DNA of 62,065 nt, filler included, from Clostridia bacterium (GTDB lineage Bacteria > CBDUZB01 > JAGLHV01), in NCBI GenBank assembly GCA_030637025.1. It is 4 parts of 4 records of this genome, joined end to end, with 100 filler letters (N's around TTAATTAATTAA, not from the genome) between each part and the next. Parts side by side here need not be neighbours in the genome. Positions count along the whole stretch, not along the records: positions 1 to 23,304 come from DAOVVV010000037.1; positions 23,405 to 41,479 come from DAOVVV010000042.1; 2 more parts are not named here. One strand, 5' to 3'. Below the pieces are notes generated by a model, which was not told where the DNA came from, did not search any database, and saw only the letters and a program-made list of their open reading frames with translations. The position numbers were made by a program, and so were the translations under genes. Positions 18,740 to 27,175 of the stretch are shown here, piece after piece; position 1 is the first letter of the stretch, and every line of letters begins with the position of its first letter.

Positions 18740-18954
18740 TTCCTCTTAACTACAAATTCAAAACTTTTAAACAAATCCCAATTTCAAATTTACTACTTGC
18801 CATTCACAATCTCTTATCTTCTTCTTTTCCTGCCCTCTATTTTTATTGGGCAAGTCATTCCTGCGGAAGCAGGAATCTATTCTTTTGTCTTTATCTTTTA
18901 ACTTTGTGCCTCTGTGCCTTGATGCCTTTGTGCCTGTCTTTTGACCGTCTTTTA

Positions 18955-20526
18955 TTATTTCGCTACTGCTATTACCCCGCTGGTCAATTTTCCATTGTAC
19001 TTGTATTGATAAATATAAACACCGCTTTCCACTATATCCCTATCGTCATCCCGGCCATCCCACCTTACCTGAATATATGGTTCTACTGAAATTATTTCGG
19101 GGGTTAAAGTCCTTATTTTCTTACCTCTAATATCAAATATCTTAACTTCACTATCCAACCCATTAAAATCAGCATAATCATTTATCCCGTCGCCGTTAGG
19201 CGTTATAATCCGTTCATAAGGCCTAAAATCTTTTGATTCAAAACCCCTGGCGGCAAAAAGGGCGTACATAGAAAAATGAGAAATTTCAGCCGTAACAGTA
19301 TGATTTTCGGTATTAACTACACCCCCGACATAACGCCAGCTATAGCCATCCCAGTAAAAAAGTTTTAAAGTAGTAGCGTCAAGAGGAGGAAAAATATCAT
19401 CAACAAATCCATCACTTTGATTAACAGAATCATCGCTTTCATTATCCATATAAAGCATAGACAACATTACCGGCCTTCTAAACTCAAAATTGTCCGGAGA
19501 AAAATCATAAACAGCTACCGGTTTATCATTCAAGATAAGACGCCGCGTAGCTATAGGTACACTCACTTCTTCAATTTCCTTTTGTGTAATGGTTATCGTT
19601 GTATCAGCAGTTAAAGCATTGCGCGGTATAACAATTTTAGTTTCTCCGTCTTCAGAATTACCATCGACTACTGTTACCGTACCCCCATCCTCAGTGACCG
19701 TACTACTGGTTATTGTACTTACTTCCAGAATATAAGGAACTTCAGGAGCATTAAAAGGAAAATAGTTTGTATCCTCTGTAATATCCATAGCCATATAATA
19801 TTCTATTCCCTGGGCAGTTACTGCTTCTTTAGGAATAACCGTCCTGCCTGTATAAAAAGCACCTGCCGGGTCAGGGCTAAACAAAGTACTTGTATAAAAC
19901 TCTTCCCCTTTTTTTCTATAATATAAAGTCACTTTATTTATGTCATCATCCATAGTAGAAAAATCCAAGTTAAATACTATTTTATTACCAATCATTCCTA
20001 CTTTGTTAATAAACGGAGAAGTACTTGACCCATAAGAACTAAAGAAAGACGTTACATTTAAATACATTTTGGTTATTCCGCCTGCCCCTGCATTGGGACC
20101 GACATCTATTGCTTCTAACCGAAATTGATATTTTTTATCCCTATATTGCTGGTCTTCCGGAATATTAATAATCATATTAATTGCCTTTTGTTCTCCTGCG
20201 GCCAAAATGAAACTGGTCGGCTCAACCAATTGTATCCAGGAAAGATCCGGTAAGACCTCATAACCCTCTTCATCCGGGTTACCTATAAATAAACTTACCT
20301 CCACTTGAGCAGAAGTAGTTTTAGGATTTATTACATAAATATGAGCATAAGAAGGAACCATCTCATTATAATTGTAAACACTTCCTATTCCTATATCTAT
20401 CCATACCTCCGAAGGGGTAATCTGCACACCTAAGGCAAAAACAAGCACAGGAATAAAACATAAGGTTATTCCAGCTATGATAAAAAGTAATTTAATTTTT
20501 AGTTTTCTAAATAAAAATACTTGCAT
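18955..20526 (-). CDS. Chaperone-like N-domain + ZU5-like region + T9SS type-B-like CTD
   Basis: GYEVLPDLSWI...NIPEDQQYRDKKYQF; RIITPNGDGIND...WDGRDD...VIAVAK; paralogue of 10923..12086. Confidence 0.8.
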   Translation of the reverse strand: MQVFLFRKLKIKLLFIIAGITLCFIPVLVFALGVQITPSEVWIDIGIGSVYNYNEMVPSYAHIYVINPKTTSAQVEVSLFIGNPDEEGYEVLPDLSWIQLVEPTSFILAAGEQKAINMIINIPEDQQYRDKKYQFRLEAIDVGPNAGAGGITKMYLNVTSFFSSYGSSTSPFINKVGMIGNKIVFNLDFSTMDDDINKVTLYYRKKGEEFYTSTLFSPDPAGAFYTGRTVIPKEAVTAQGIEYYMAMDITEDTNYFPFNAPEVPYILEVSTITSSTVTEDGGTVTVVDGNSEDGETKIVIPRNALTADTTITITQKEIEEVSVPIATRRLILNDKPVAVYDFSPDNFEFRRPVMLSMLYMDNESDDSVNQSDGFVDDIFPPLDATTLKLFYWDGYSWRYVGGVVNTENHTVTAEISHFSMYALFAARGFESKDFRPYERIITPNGDGINDYADFNGLDSEVKIFDIRGKKIRTLTPEIISVEPYIQVRWDGRDDDRDIVESGVYIYQYKYNGKLTSGVIAVAK

Positions 20527-20552
20527 TTTCTCACTTCCATTTTTTTACTACA

Positions 20553-20594
20553 GTATACAAGATGGTTTTTATTTAATAAAACCACCTTGTATAC
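20553..20594 (-). terminator. Stem-loop 3' of the first gene of operon A
   Basis: GTATACAAGATGGTTTT...AAAACCACCTTGTATAC imperfect inverted repeat. Confidence 0.55.
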
Positions 20595-20610
20595 CTTTAT
20601 AGACTTTTTT

Positions 20611-21702
20611 TTAACTTTTTTCCGCAGTAACTACTACGCGAATTGTTTGTTGTCCTGATATTGAACCACCTGTCGGTGTTTTGAGTCGAATCCATACTGC
20701 CCGCGTATTATTCCATGCCGAATCCCAGGAAACAGCTACACCATTACCACTATCATCACTGTCAAATTTACCTACCGCTCCTGAATCCGCACACTCCTGA
20801 GAAGTAGTAGTAATAATATCCTCTGCACCAAAATCCTCTGTTATTATACTCCCAGGTGTTACATCCGTGTTAGAAACCACACCGTAAATAACATATTCGT
20901 TAAATCCAGGGGTCTCATCAGCACTTGAAGACCAACCCGGAGGGTCAAGTACTTTAAGCAGAAAATCTTCGTTCACATCTCCGATATTGGCTACGGTCAA
21001 ATACTTATCACCTACAGCGTTTTCACTGCTAATCATCTCTATCCCATATGATGAATCTCCAAAAGCCATATTTCCGGAAACACTTACACCTACTGTTCCT
21101 CCGCTTATAGTAACCGTGATAATACCTGCTCCACCGCCCACATATTTTATATCATCAACAAAAACCTCAATCGGGTTGGTTAAACTGGAATTTTCACCTG
21201 CCGCTAACATCATCCACCAAAGATTGGTAACCGCACTCATATTTTGCTTGGAAAGATCTATTTCTGCTGCTGTCCATCCGGTAGAACTAATAGTAATCGG
21301 ATCTCCGGCAACAGTATGTTCACCGCAAGAATCCTCATCCAAAGTTCCCGAACCTACACCGAAATGAGCAACAACACCTTCTTTATTAGCAGAAACATTA
21401 AATTGCATTTTCGTATGGCCGGTTAAATCAAGAGGTATCGCTCCGCCAAAAGCTTGTGCACCGATTTTTGCCCAGGTAATTTCTTTAGGAAAAGAAAATT
21501 TTGCACAAATATCGTCTCCGCCTTCATATGGGTCAGTAATCTCTGAGTCCGTTATATCACCGGCAGCACCACTCCATAAAGACAGAACCTGCTGCCAACT
21601 ATCTTCATAAATCGGAGTATCTGCATAGGAATTACCTACCATAAACATGCTGGTTACAACTAACAACGCCATTATAACTAAAGACTTTTTCATTTTTTTC
21701 AC
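20611..21702 (-). CDS. Secreted CBM-like domain + C-terminal beta-rich domain shared with 15606..16544
   Basis: LDLTGHTKMQF...WTAAEIDLS...VFVDDIKY; then MAFG...VANIG...PPGW...VWIRLKTP...QTIRVVVTA. Confidence 0.65.
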   Translation of the reverse strand: MKKMKKSLVIMALLVVTSMFMVGNSYADTPIYEDSWQQVLSLWSGAAGDITDSEITDPYEGGDDICAKFSFPKEITWAKIGAQAFGGAIPLDLTGHTKMQFNVSANKEGVVAHFGVGSGTLDEDSCGEHTVAGDPITISSTGWTAAEIDLSKQNMSAVTNLWWMMLAAGENSSLTNPIEVFVDDIKYVGGGAGIITVTISGGTVGVSVSGNMAFGDSSYGIEMISSENAVGDKYLTVANIGDVNEDFLLKVLDPPGWSSSADETPGFNEYVIYGVVSNTDVTPGSIITEDFGAEDIITTTSQECADSGAVGKFDSDDSGNGVAVSWDSAWNNTRAVWIRLKTPTGGSISGQQTIRVVVTAEKS

Positions 21703-21891
21703 CTCCTTCCTTTGTTTTATTTTTTTTATTTATTTTGTAATTATAAAAAAAACCATACCACTAAATCCGGGAGGAAAACAACAATTTTAATATACCTGAT
21801 TAGCTTAAATATGGGCAATTCGGTAATAAAAAACGGAAAGTTTATTAATTCTCAGAGGTTTTTACTTAAAACTTTCACCTAATTATATAAC

Positions 21892-21950
21892 AAAAAAAAC
21901 CGACCCACCTACTTGGCTACAATTGTCTTATAGTCAGTTCGATAGTTCGG
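21892..21950 (-). terminator. Intrinsic terminator overlapping the aptamer 3' end
   Basis: CCGAACUAUC...GGUGGGUCGG followed by U8. Confidence 0.75.
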
Positions 21951-22106
21951 CCATCCCCCCATTACTTACCGGCGGACCCGCAACTTTGCCTGCTTACCAG
22001 GCACAAATCAAAAATATACCTTTTGACCTGACTCCAGTAAGAGACTTACCCGTCATCACTTAGCGACGAATAAGTGCCTTCGCCTCACAGCGAATTTGCC
22101 TTTTCG
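21940..22106 (-). ncRNA. GEMM-I riboswitch with an 86-nt two-hairpin insertion; U at the C92-equivalent position
   Basis: CG-AAAAG-GCAAA-UUCGCU(GUGA)GGCGAA-GGC [22075-21990] GCAAAGUUGCGGGUCC...GGAUGGCCGAACUAUCG. Confidence 0.8.
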
Positions 22107-22137
22107 TATAAAATTTTCAAATATCAAATCTAAAAAT

Positions 22138-22167
22138 ACTATACCATATTTTTTTTACCTTTGTCAA
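22138..22167 (-). promoter_or_regulatory. Sigma70-type promoter of riboswitch operon A
   Basis: TTGACA-18 nt-TATAGT with extended -10 TG. Confidence 0.7.
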
Positions 22168-22189
22168 GAAAAAAATAAAAAACATTTTA

Positions 22190-23143
22190 CTACCTAACCG
22201 GAACACCCTTCTCTCCTCCCCATTTTATAGTTATTCCTATCCTGTGGGGGAAATAGAATTCACTCTGTTTTCTCCATGCACTCCGGTAAACAAAAGCATA
22301 ATCCAGCTGAAAATCTAAAAACTCAATTCCAAATCCGCTGGTTATTTCATTTTCGTTTATACCCAATCTGGCCGATATTAAATCTTCCATCAACCGGTAT
22401 TCCCCTCCACAGTACATTTTTATTTTTTCCCCGTCTATTTTTAAAGTGTCAATAGCCAGATATAATTTATTTTCCAATATCCTGCAATCTACCCCAAATC
22501 TTACACTAAAAGGAAACTTATCCTCCTCTTCTATCAATTTAATAACCGGTTTAATTATGTTCTGTAAATACAAACCAGCGGAAACAGGCATAAGTTTATA
22601 TTTATACATTACCCCTAAATCCGCTCCATATCCGGTATCAGAATAAGTATCTATTTTCTCCCGTACTATTTTCACGCTCCCGCCTAAATAAAAAGCAGAG
22701 CATATTTTTTTACTTAAAGCGATTATCCCTGCTGTTTGAGCAACATCAAAATCTCCGATATCTTCATTATCCTGATTGCGTTTATCCAATCCCGAGGACC
22801 TTAAATCTACTATCCCCAGTCCTATCCCAACATTTTCCCGCGGTAAAGCTAACCCTAAAAAACTATACGGGGTATCCTCATTCAATAAAGAATAAGCCGC
22901 AACTAATTCTTTTCTTTTTATTAAACTCAAACCCGCAGGATTCCAGTAAACACTACTGGCATCCTCACATCCTGCAGTATATGCTCTGCCTAAACCTAAA
23001 GAACGAACACCCGCACCCCAAAAAAGATATGCTCCCGGTATCCCTCCGTCTTGTTCGGCAAATCCTACCTCAGGACATATCCACAAACTAATTACCCCTA
23101 TTAATCCTAATCTCAAGATTAATCTATATTTTTTTTTACCCAT
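22190..23143 (-). CDS. PorV/PorQ-family outer-membrane barrel
   Basis: GAYLFWGAGVRSLGLGRAY-DASSVYWNPAGL; LDYAF...HRIGITIKW. Confidence 0.8.
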   Translation of the reverse strand: MGKKKYRLILRLGLIGVISLWICPEVGFAEQDGGIPGAYLFWGAGVRSLGLGRAYTAGCEDASSVYWNPAGLSLIKRKELVAAYSLLNEDTPYSFLGLALPRENVGIGLGIVDLRSSGLDKRNQDNEDIGDFDVAQTAGIIALSKKICSAFYLGGSVKIVREKIDTYSDTGYGADLGVMYKYKLMPVSAGLYLQNIIKPVIKLIEEEDKFPFSVRFGVDCRILENKLYLAIDTLKIDGEKIKMYCGGEYRLMEDLISARLGINENEITSGFGIEFLDFQLDYAFVYRSAWRKQSEFYFPHRIGITIKWGGEKGVPVR

Positions 23144-23167
23144 TTTCCTCTTCTCTTTCTTAATTTG

Positions 23168-23304
23168 TTATTTCACTATGGCTATCCTTCGGGTTATATA
23201 TTTACCGTTGGCTATACCCTTGCTCTTTAACCGTATAACATACCCCCCATTAGCACAAAGCTTTCCTTCTCCGTTTCTGCCATTCCAACTTATCCTATTC
23301 TCTC
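23168..23304 (-). CDS. 3' fragment of a FlgD-Ig/CTD-bearing protein, cut by the contig end
   Basis: Manual translation ENRISWNGRNGEGKLCANGGYVIRLKSKGIANGKYITRRIAIVK*. Confidence 0.75.
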
Positions 23305-23404
23305 NNNNNNNNNNNNNNNNNNNNNNNNNNNNNNNNNNNNNNNNNNNNTTAATTAATTAANNNNNNNNNNNNNNNNNNNNNNNNNNNNNNNNNNNNNNNN
23401 NNNN
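23305..23404. other. Artificial contig linker
   Basis: N-run, TTAATTAATTAA (stops in all six frames), N-run. Confidence 0.98.
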
Positions 23405-23407
23405 CAT

Positions 23408-23442
23408 AAAAAAAGGGGAGACTTTAATTCTCCCCTTTTTTT
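23408..23442 (-). terminator. Bidirectional intrinsic terminator after the TonB receptor gene
   Basis: AAAAAAAGGGGAGA-loop-TCTCCCCTTTTTTT. Confidence 0.8.
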
Positions 23443-23462
23443 GATTTAAATACTAGTTTTTT

Positions 23463-25301
23463 TTAAAACGTATATCCAACTTCTATAAAGAAATTCCTCC
23501 CTATCGTGGGATAATCTTTTATTTCTTCATATTTTGTATCAAAAATATTATAAACGGAAAAGGATAAATTTATATTTTCCCGCAATTTTGCCATTACTCT
23601 GCTATCTACAATCGCATAAGCAGCCAACCGGTCCATCCGTAAAGAAGATACGGAATATTTCCTTTGATCCACACAGTATATATTTGCATTAACACGAATA
23701 TCATCATTTATTCTGTGTTTAACCCCCAAATTTAGTTTGTTTCTGGGAATATAGTCTAATTCTCTACCGGCCTCTCTATCCCGGGTTTCCTGATAAACAT
23801 AAGAAAGATAGCCTTTCCAATTGTAATATTCACTACCTACTTTTAATTCTATCCCCTCTATTTCCGCCTCATTTTTATTTATCTTATCAAATTGCCAAAC
23901 ACTCCCTACAAAATTAGTTCTGCTAACTATTAAATTCTCTATTTTTTGAGTAAATAAGATTACCTCTCCTTCCAGAACTCTGGCAAATTTATGGCCGACT
24001 CCTAATTCAAAAATAGCTTTTCTTTCCGGGATGAGATTTTCATTTCCTACTGCACGCCTCCGGGCACTATACCACATATCGCCGTATACTTCAAAGAAAT
24101 CAGGAGCTCTAAATCCTTCGCCATAGGAAGCTCTGAGAATCGTTCTATAAAGATTATAAGCTATACCAATTTGTGGACTGCTTTCATTTTTGTATTTAGA
24201 ATGATTATCATACCTTGTTCCCATGGTAAAAGTTAATTCCTCAATGGGTTTTAACTTGTTTTGCAAATATACAGCGATATTTGTTACCTCCCGTTTTCCA
24301 CCTAATACTACTGCGGTAGCACCATCATAGCGATAATCCAAACCAAAAATAAATAGGTTTTCCGGAGTAATTTGCCAATTATTTTGTATATTCATTCCGA
24401 CACTGTTCTCTTTAATATCCTCAATATTAACCATTTCCATTATGTGATTCCTTTTATTCACATATCCCCTAATTAACAGGTTTATTTTGTCATTTATTTC
24501 CACATCTCTTATACCATGCACAAAAATTTCTCTGATTTCTTCCTTATTATCAGGGGTAATATTATCTATAGGTCCCGGCAACCCACGACTTATTCTGCGA
24601 TGACCTAATAATAAAGTAAAGTCAGCAAAAACAATTTTTCCTAAAAAATTATAATCTTCGTAAAAAGTATTTCCCACATATAATTTTTCTCCATTGGTTT
24701 TATAAAAATCTGCAGCAAACAGAATATCCAGTTCCTCCCCTTCTTTATCCCAATTCAATCTATAAAACTGACTGGCAAAATTTCCTCCTGCCACAGAAAA
24801 AGTAAGGCCGTCAATATCTTCTGCTGATTTAGTAATTATATTTACCACTCCGGTAAAAGCGTTAGCCCCGTATATCGCAGAGGCGGGTCCTAAAATTATT
24901 TCAATTCTCTCTACATTAGTTAAGGGTAAATTCGGATAATAAGAAAAGATTCCAGCAGATACAGGGCAATCCGTGGGACAGCCATCTACTAAACAAAGTA
25001 CTCGACTATCGATTATATGTAATTTTGACCCGGCACTTCTAATCTCCCACCTGGATAAAAACCTTAAAACATCAGCAAGGGTTAACCATCCGAAATCTTT
25101 AATATCCTCTGCCGTAAAAATTTCCATACTAACCGCTATTTCTGCTTTTTCTTGTTCATATTTTCCTGCCGTCACTACTTTCTCCTGTTTCCCAAATAAT
25201 AAAAATTCCGGTGGTTCTTCATTGTCTAGAGCAAATAACGGCAAGGCAAAAATAAACAATATCCCCCATAGTGTACCTATTCCAACAATAATTTTTTTCA
25301 T
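23463..25301 (-). CDS. TonB-dependent receptor
   Basis: VERIEIILGPASAIYGANAFTGVVNIITK plug motif; YNIFDTKY...GRNFFIEVGYTF end. Confidence 0.93.
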   Translation of the reverse strand: MKKIIVGIGTLWGILFIFALPLFALDNEEPPEFLLFGKQEKVVTAGKYEQEKAEIAVSMEIFTAEDIKDFGWLTLADVLRFLSRWEIRSAGSKLHIIDSRVLCLVDGCPTDCPVSAGIFSYYPNLPLTNVERIEIILGPASAIYGANAFTGVVNIITKSAEDIDGLTFSVAGGNFASQFYRLNWDKEGEELDILFAADFYKTNGEKLYVGNTFYEDYNFLGKIVFADFTLLLGHRRISRGLPGPIDNITPDNKEEIREIFVHGIRDVEINDKINLLIRGYVNKRNHIMEMVNIEDIKENSVGMNIQNNWQITPENLFIFGLDYRYDGATAVVLGGKREVTNIAVYLQNKLKPIEELTFTMGTRYDNHSKYKNESSPQIGIAYNLYRTILRASYGEGFRAPDFFEVYGDMWYSARRRAVGNENLIPERKAIFELGVGHKFARVLEGEVILFTQKIENLIVSRTNFVGSVWQFDKINKNEAEIEGIELKVGSEYYNWKGYLSYVYQETRDREAGRELDYIPRNKLNLGVKHRINDDIRVNANIYCVDQRKYSVSSLRMDRLAAYAIVDSRVMAKLRENINLSFSVYNIFDTKYEEIKDYPTIGRNFFIEVGYTF

Positions 25302-25349
25302 TTTTTTCCCTCTATTTAATTTATTTCCTTCAAAATTTATTTTCTTTTT

Positions 25350-26324
25350 TTACTTAAAAATTTTGTAAGCATCTTTTAATAAAATCTCCGGAATATCTAC
25401 TTTTACTTTTTTGGCAACTCTAATATTTATTACAAAATGCGTTTTCCTTGGCAGCGTAACAGCTAAGTTCTTAGTTTTTTTTCCTTTTAATATTTTCCAG
25501 GCTAATTCCCCTGACTGTCTTCCTATATCTTCATAATCACAACTTAAACTAAATAATGCTCCTTTTTTTACCATATACATAGCCGGCCCCATTACCGGTA
25601 TTTTCTTTTTTAAACTCATTGCTAACATATATTCTAAAGACCTTTCACTGACAACAGTCTTGTCTATAACTATCCATAATACATCTATCTTTTTAATTAT
25701 ACTCTCCAGCGCTCCGGGTACCTGCCCGGGAGAAGAGACAACAGCTTTTATTAATTTTAAATTATATTTTTTAGCTAAAGAAACAGCCCTCTTAATTTTT
25801 TTTCCTGTTTTTTGGGCATCATAAATTACCCCTATTTTCTTTGCCCGGGGAAGAATTTCGTTTAATTTTTTAAATTGAACGTTCAGAGAAACATCCATTG
25901 ACGCTCCGGTAAGGTTGTTCCCGGGATAACGCATACTTCTTACTAATCCATTTGCTACAGGAGCTAATACCATCGAAAATACTACCGGAATTTTTTTTAT
26001 TTCTTTCTTGATTTTTCGTGTTGGATTTGTTCCGATAGTAAGGATTAAATGAGGTTTTTTGTTTTTAATTTCCTTAATAATATGTTCATCCCGGATGTTT
26101 CTCGAAAATTTATAATAACTTAAAACTAAATTATCCTTTTTTTTACTTGCTTTCTCCTGCAATACTTCTAAAAATCCTTCCAAAGCCTCATCATACGGCT
26201 TTATATTCTCTCCCTTTATAATACAAATTGATAAGCTTTTTGAACAAATAAAATCCACACTTATATTAAAAAAAAGAGCCATACTTAAGATACTTACTAT
26301 TATTTTATACTTTTTAAAATTCAT
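25350..26324 (-). CDS. ABC_sub_bind-family periplasmic binding protein
   Basis: IPVVFSMV-P...PGNNLTG...KIGVIYD...DYEDIGRQSGELA..IL.G. Confidence 0.85.
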   Translation of the reverse strand: MNFKKYKIIVSILSMALFFNISVDFICSKSLSICIIKGENIKPYDEALEGFLEVLQEKASKKKDNLVLSYYKFSRNIRDEHIIKEIKNKKPHLILTIGTNPTRKIKKEIKKIPVVFSMVLAPVANGLVRSMRYPGNNLTGASMDVSLNVQFKKLNEILPRAKKIGVIYDAQKTGKKIKRAVSLAKKYNLKLIKAVVSSPGQVPGALESIIKKIDVLWIVIDKTVVSERSLEYMLAMSLKKKIPVMGPAMYMVKKGALFSLSCDYEDIGRQSGELAWKILKGKKTKNLAVTLPRKTHFVINIRVAKKVKVDIPEILLKDAYKIFK

Positions 26325-26595
26325 TTTATCCCTTTATTTTAAATAACATCCTAATATAATATTATCCCTTCTTCTTTGAAAAGTCAATACCGTTATAAAT
26401 TATTTTTCGATAAAAATTTGTACCCTTAAACAGACTTATTTTTGTTTGCCCTTATACTAAATAAAGGTTTGCGGAAAATCGTTAAAGGCACTATTTTCAA
26501 GATAATAGGCAGGAATTGTTAGAAGTACTCTTTTTATGAATATTAACGGTGTCCTTAAATTTTTTAGTATTCATCCTAATCTACTTATCGCTTTA

Positions 26596-26805
26596 TTACT
26601 GTTTTTTCTTATCTTGATAAATTTCAATAAATTTTTCAATTGACCGGTCATAGGTTTTTTCTACATCAGAAGGAAAAAAACAGGCAGGAAACTCATTAAG
26701 TCTCAAATGATATTTTATGCATTCACAACATATTCCTTTTCTCTCACAGGGCTCATAAGAACAATTACAATAGTTTTTATTTTCTTCACTTTTACACTTT
26801 TCCAT
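26596..26805 (-). CDS. Small Cys-rich protein (DUF6485-like)
   Basis: [24 protein letters not shown]; start reassigned to the ATG after AGGAG. Confidence 0.75.
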   Translation of the reverse strand: MEKCKSEENKNYCNCSYEPCERKGICCECIKYHLRLNEFPACFFPSDVEKTYDRSIEKFIEIYQDKKKQ

Positions 26806-27050
26806 AAATAATTTTCTCCTTTTAAAGCAATTTTCTTCGCCTACCTCCCCTATCATATCGCATATCTATATCAGGAATAGGCAAGATTTACATTTATACT
26901 ATACAAAACAAGTCTGTTTAAAAAACTTATTACTCTGTTATGTTTTTTCAGTACCATTTTATTTTTTTTACTTTTAATAACATTTCATGTTAACTTCTTT
27001 TTTTATTTTATTTTATTTTTTCTTCAATTAAAAGTCAACCTAATTTTGGA

Positions 27051-27079
27051 TTGACTTTCCATAAAAAATTTTGTATTCT
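27051..27079 (+). promoter_or_regulatory. Putative sigma70 promoter of GH65-GT4
   Basis: TTGACT-17 nt-TATTCT. Confidence 0.5.
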
Positions 27080-27175
27080 TAAACAGGTTTAGTTGTTTTT
27101 ATACTCAATAAAACTCAGTTAAAAAATGCTTAGCGAGAATAATACAGACAAAATTCCCTTTTATTAAAGGATCTT

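Noticed and set aside
23305-23404. Recurrent TTAATTAATTAA motif as a biological repeat, and ORFs running into gaps (23178..23360, tail of 45718..46458)
   Set aside because: Six-frame stop linker embedded in Ns; an assembly artefact.
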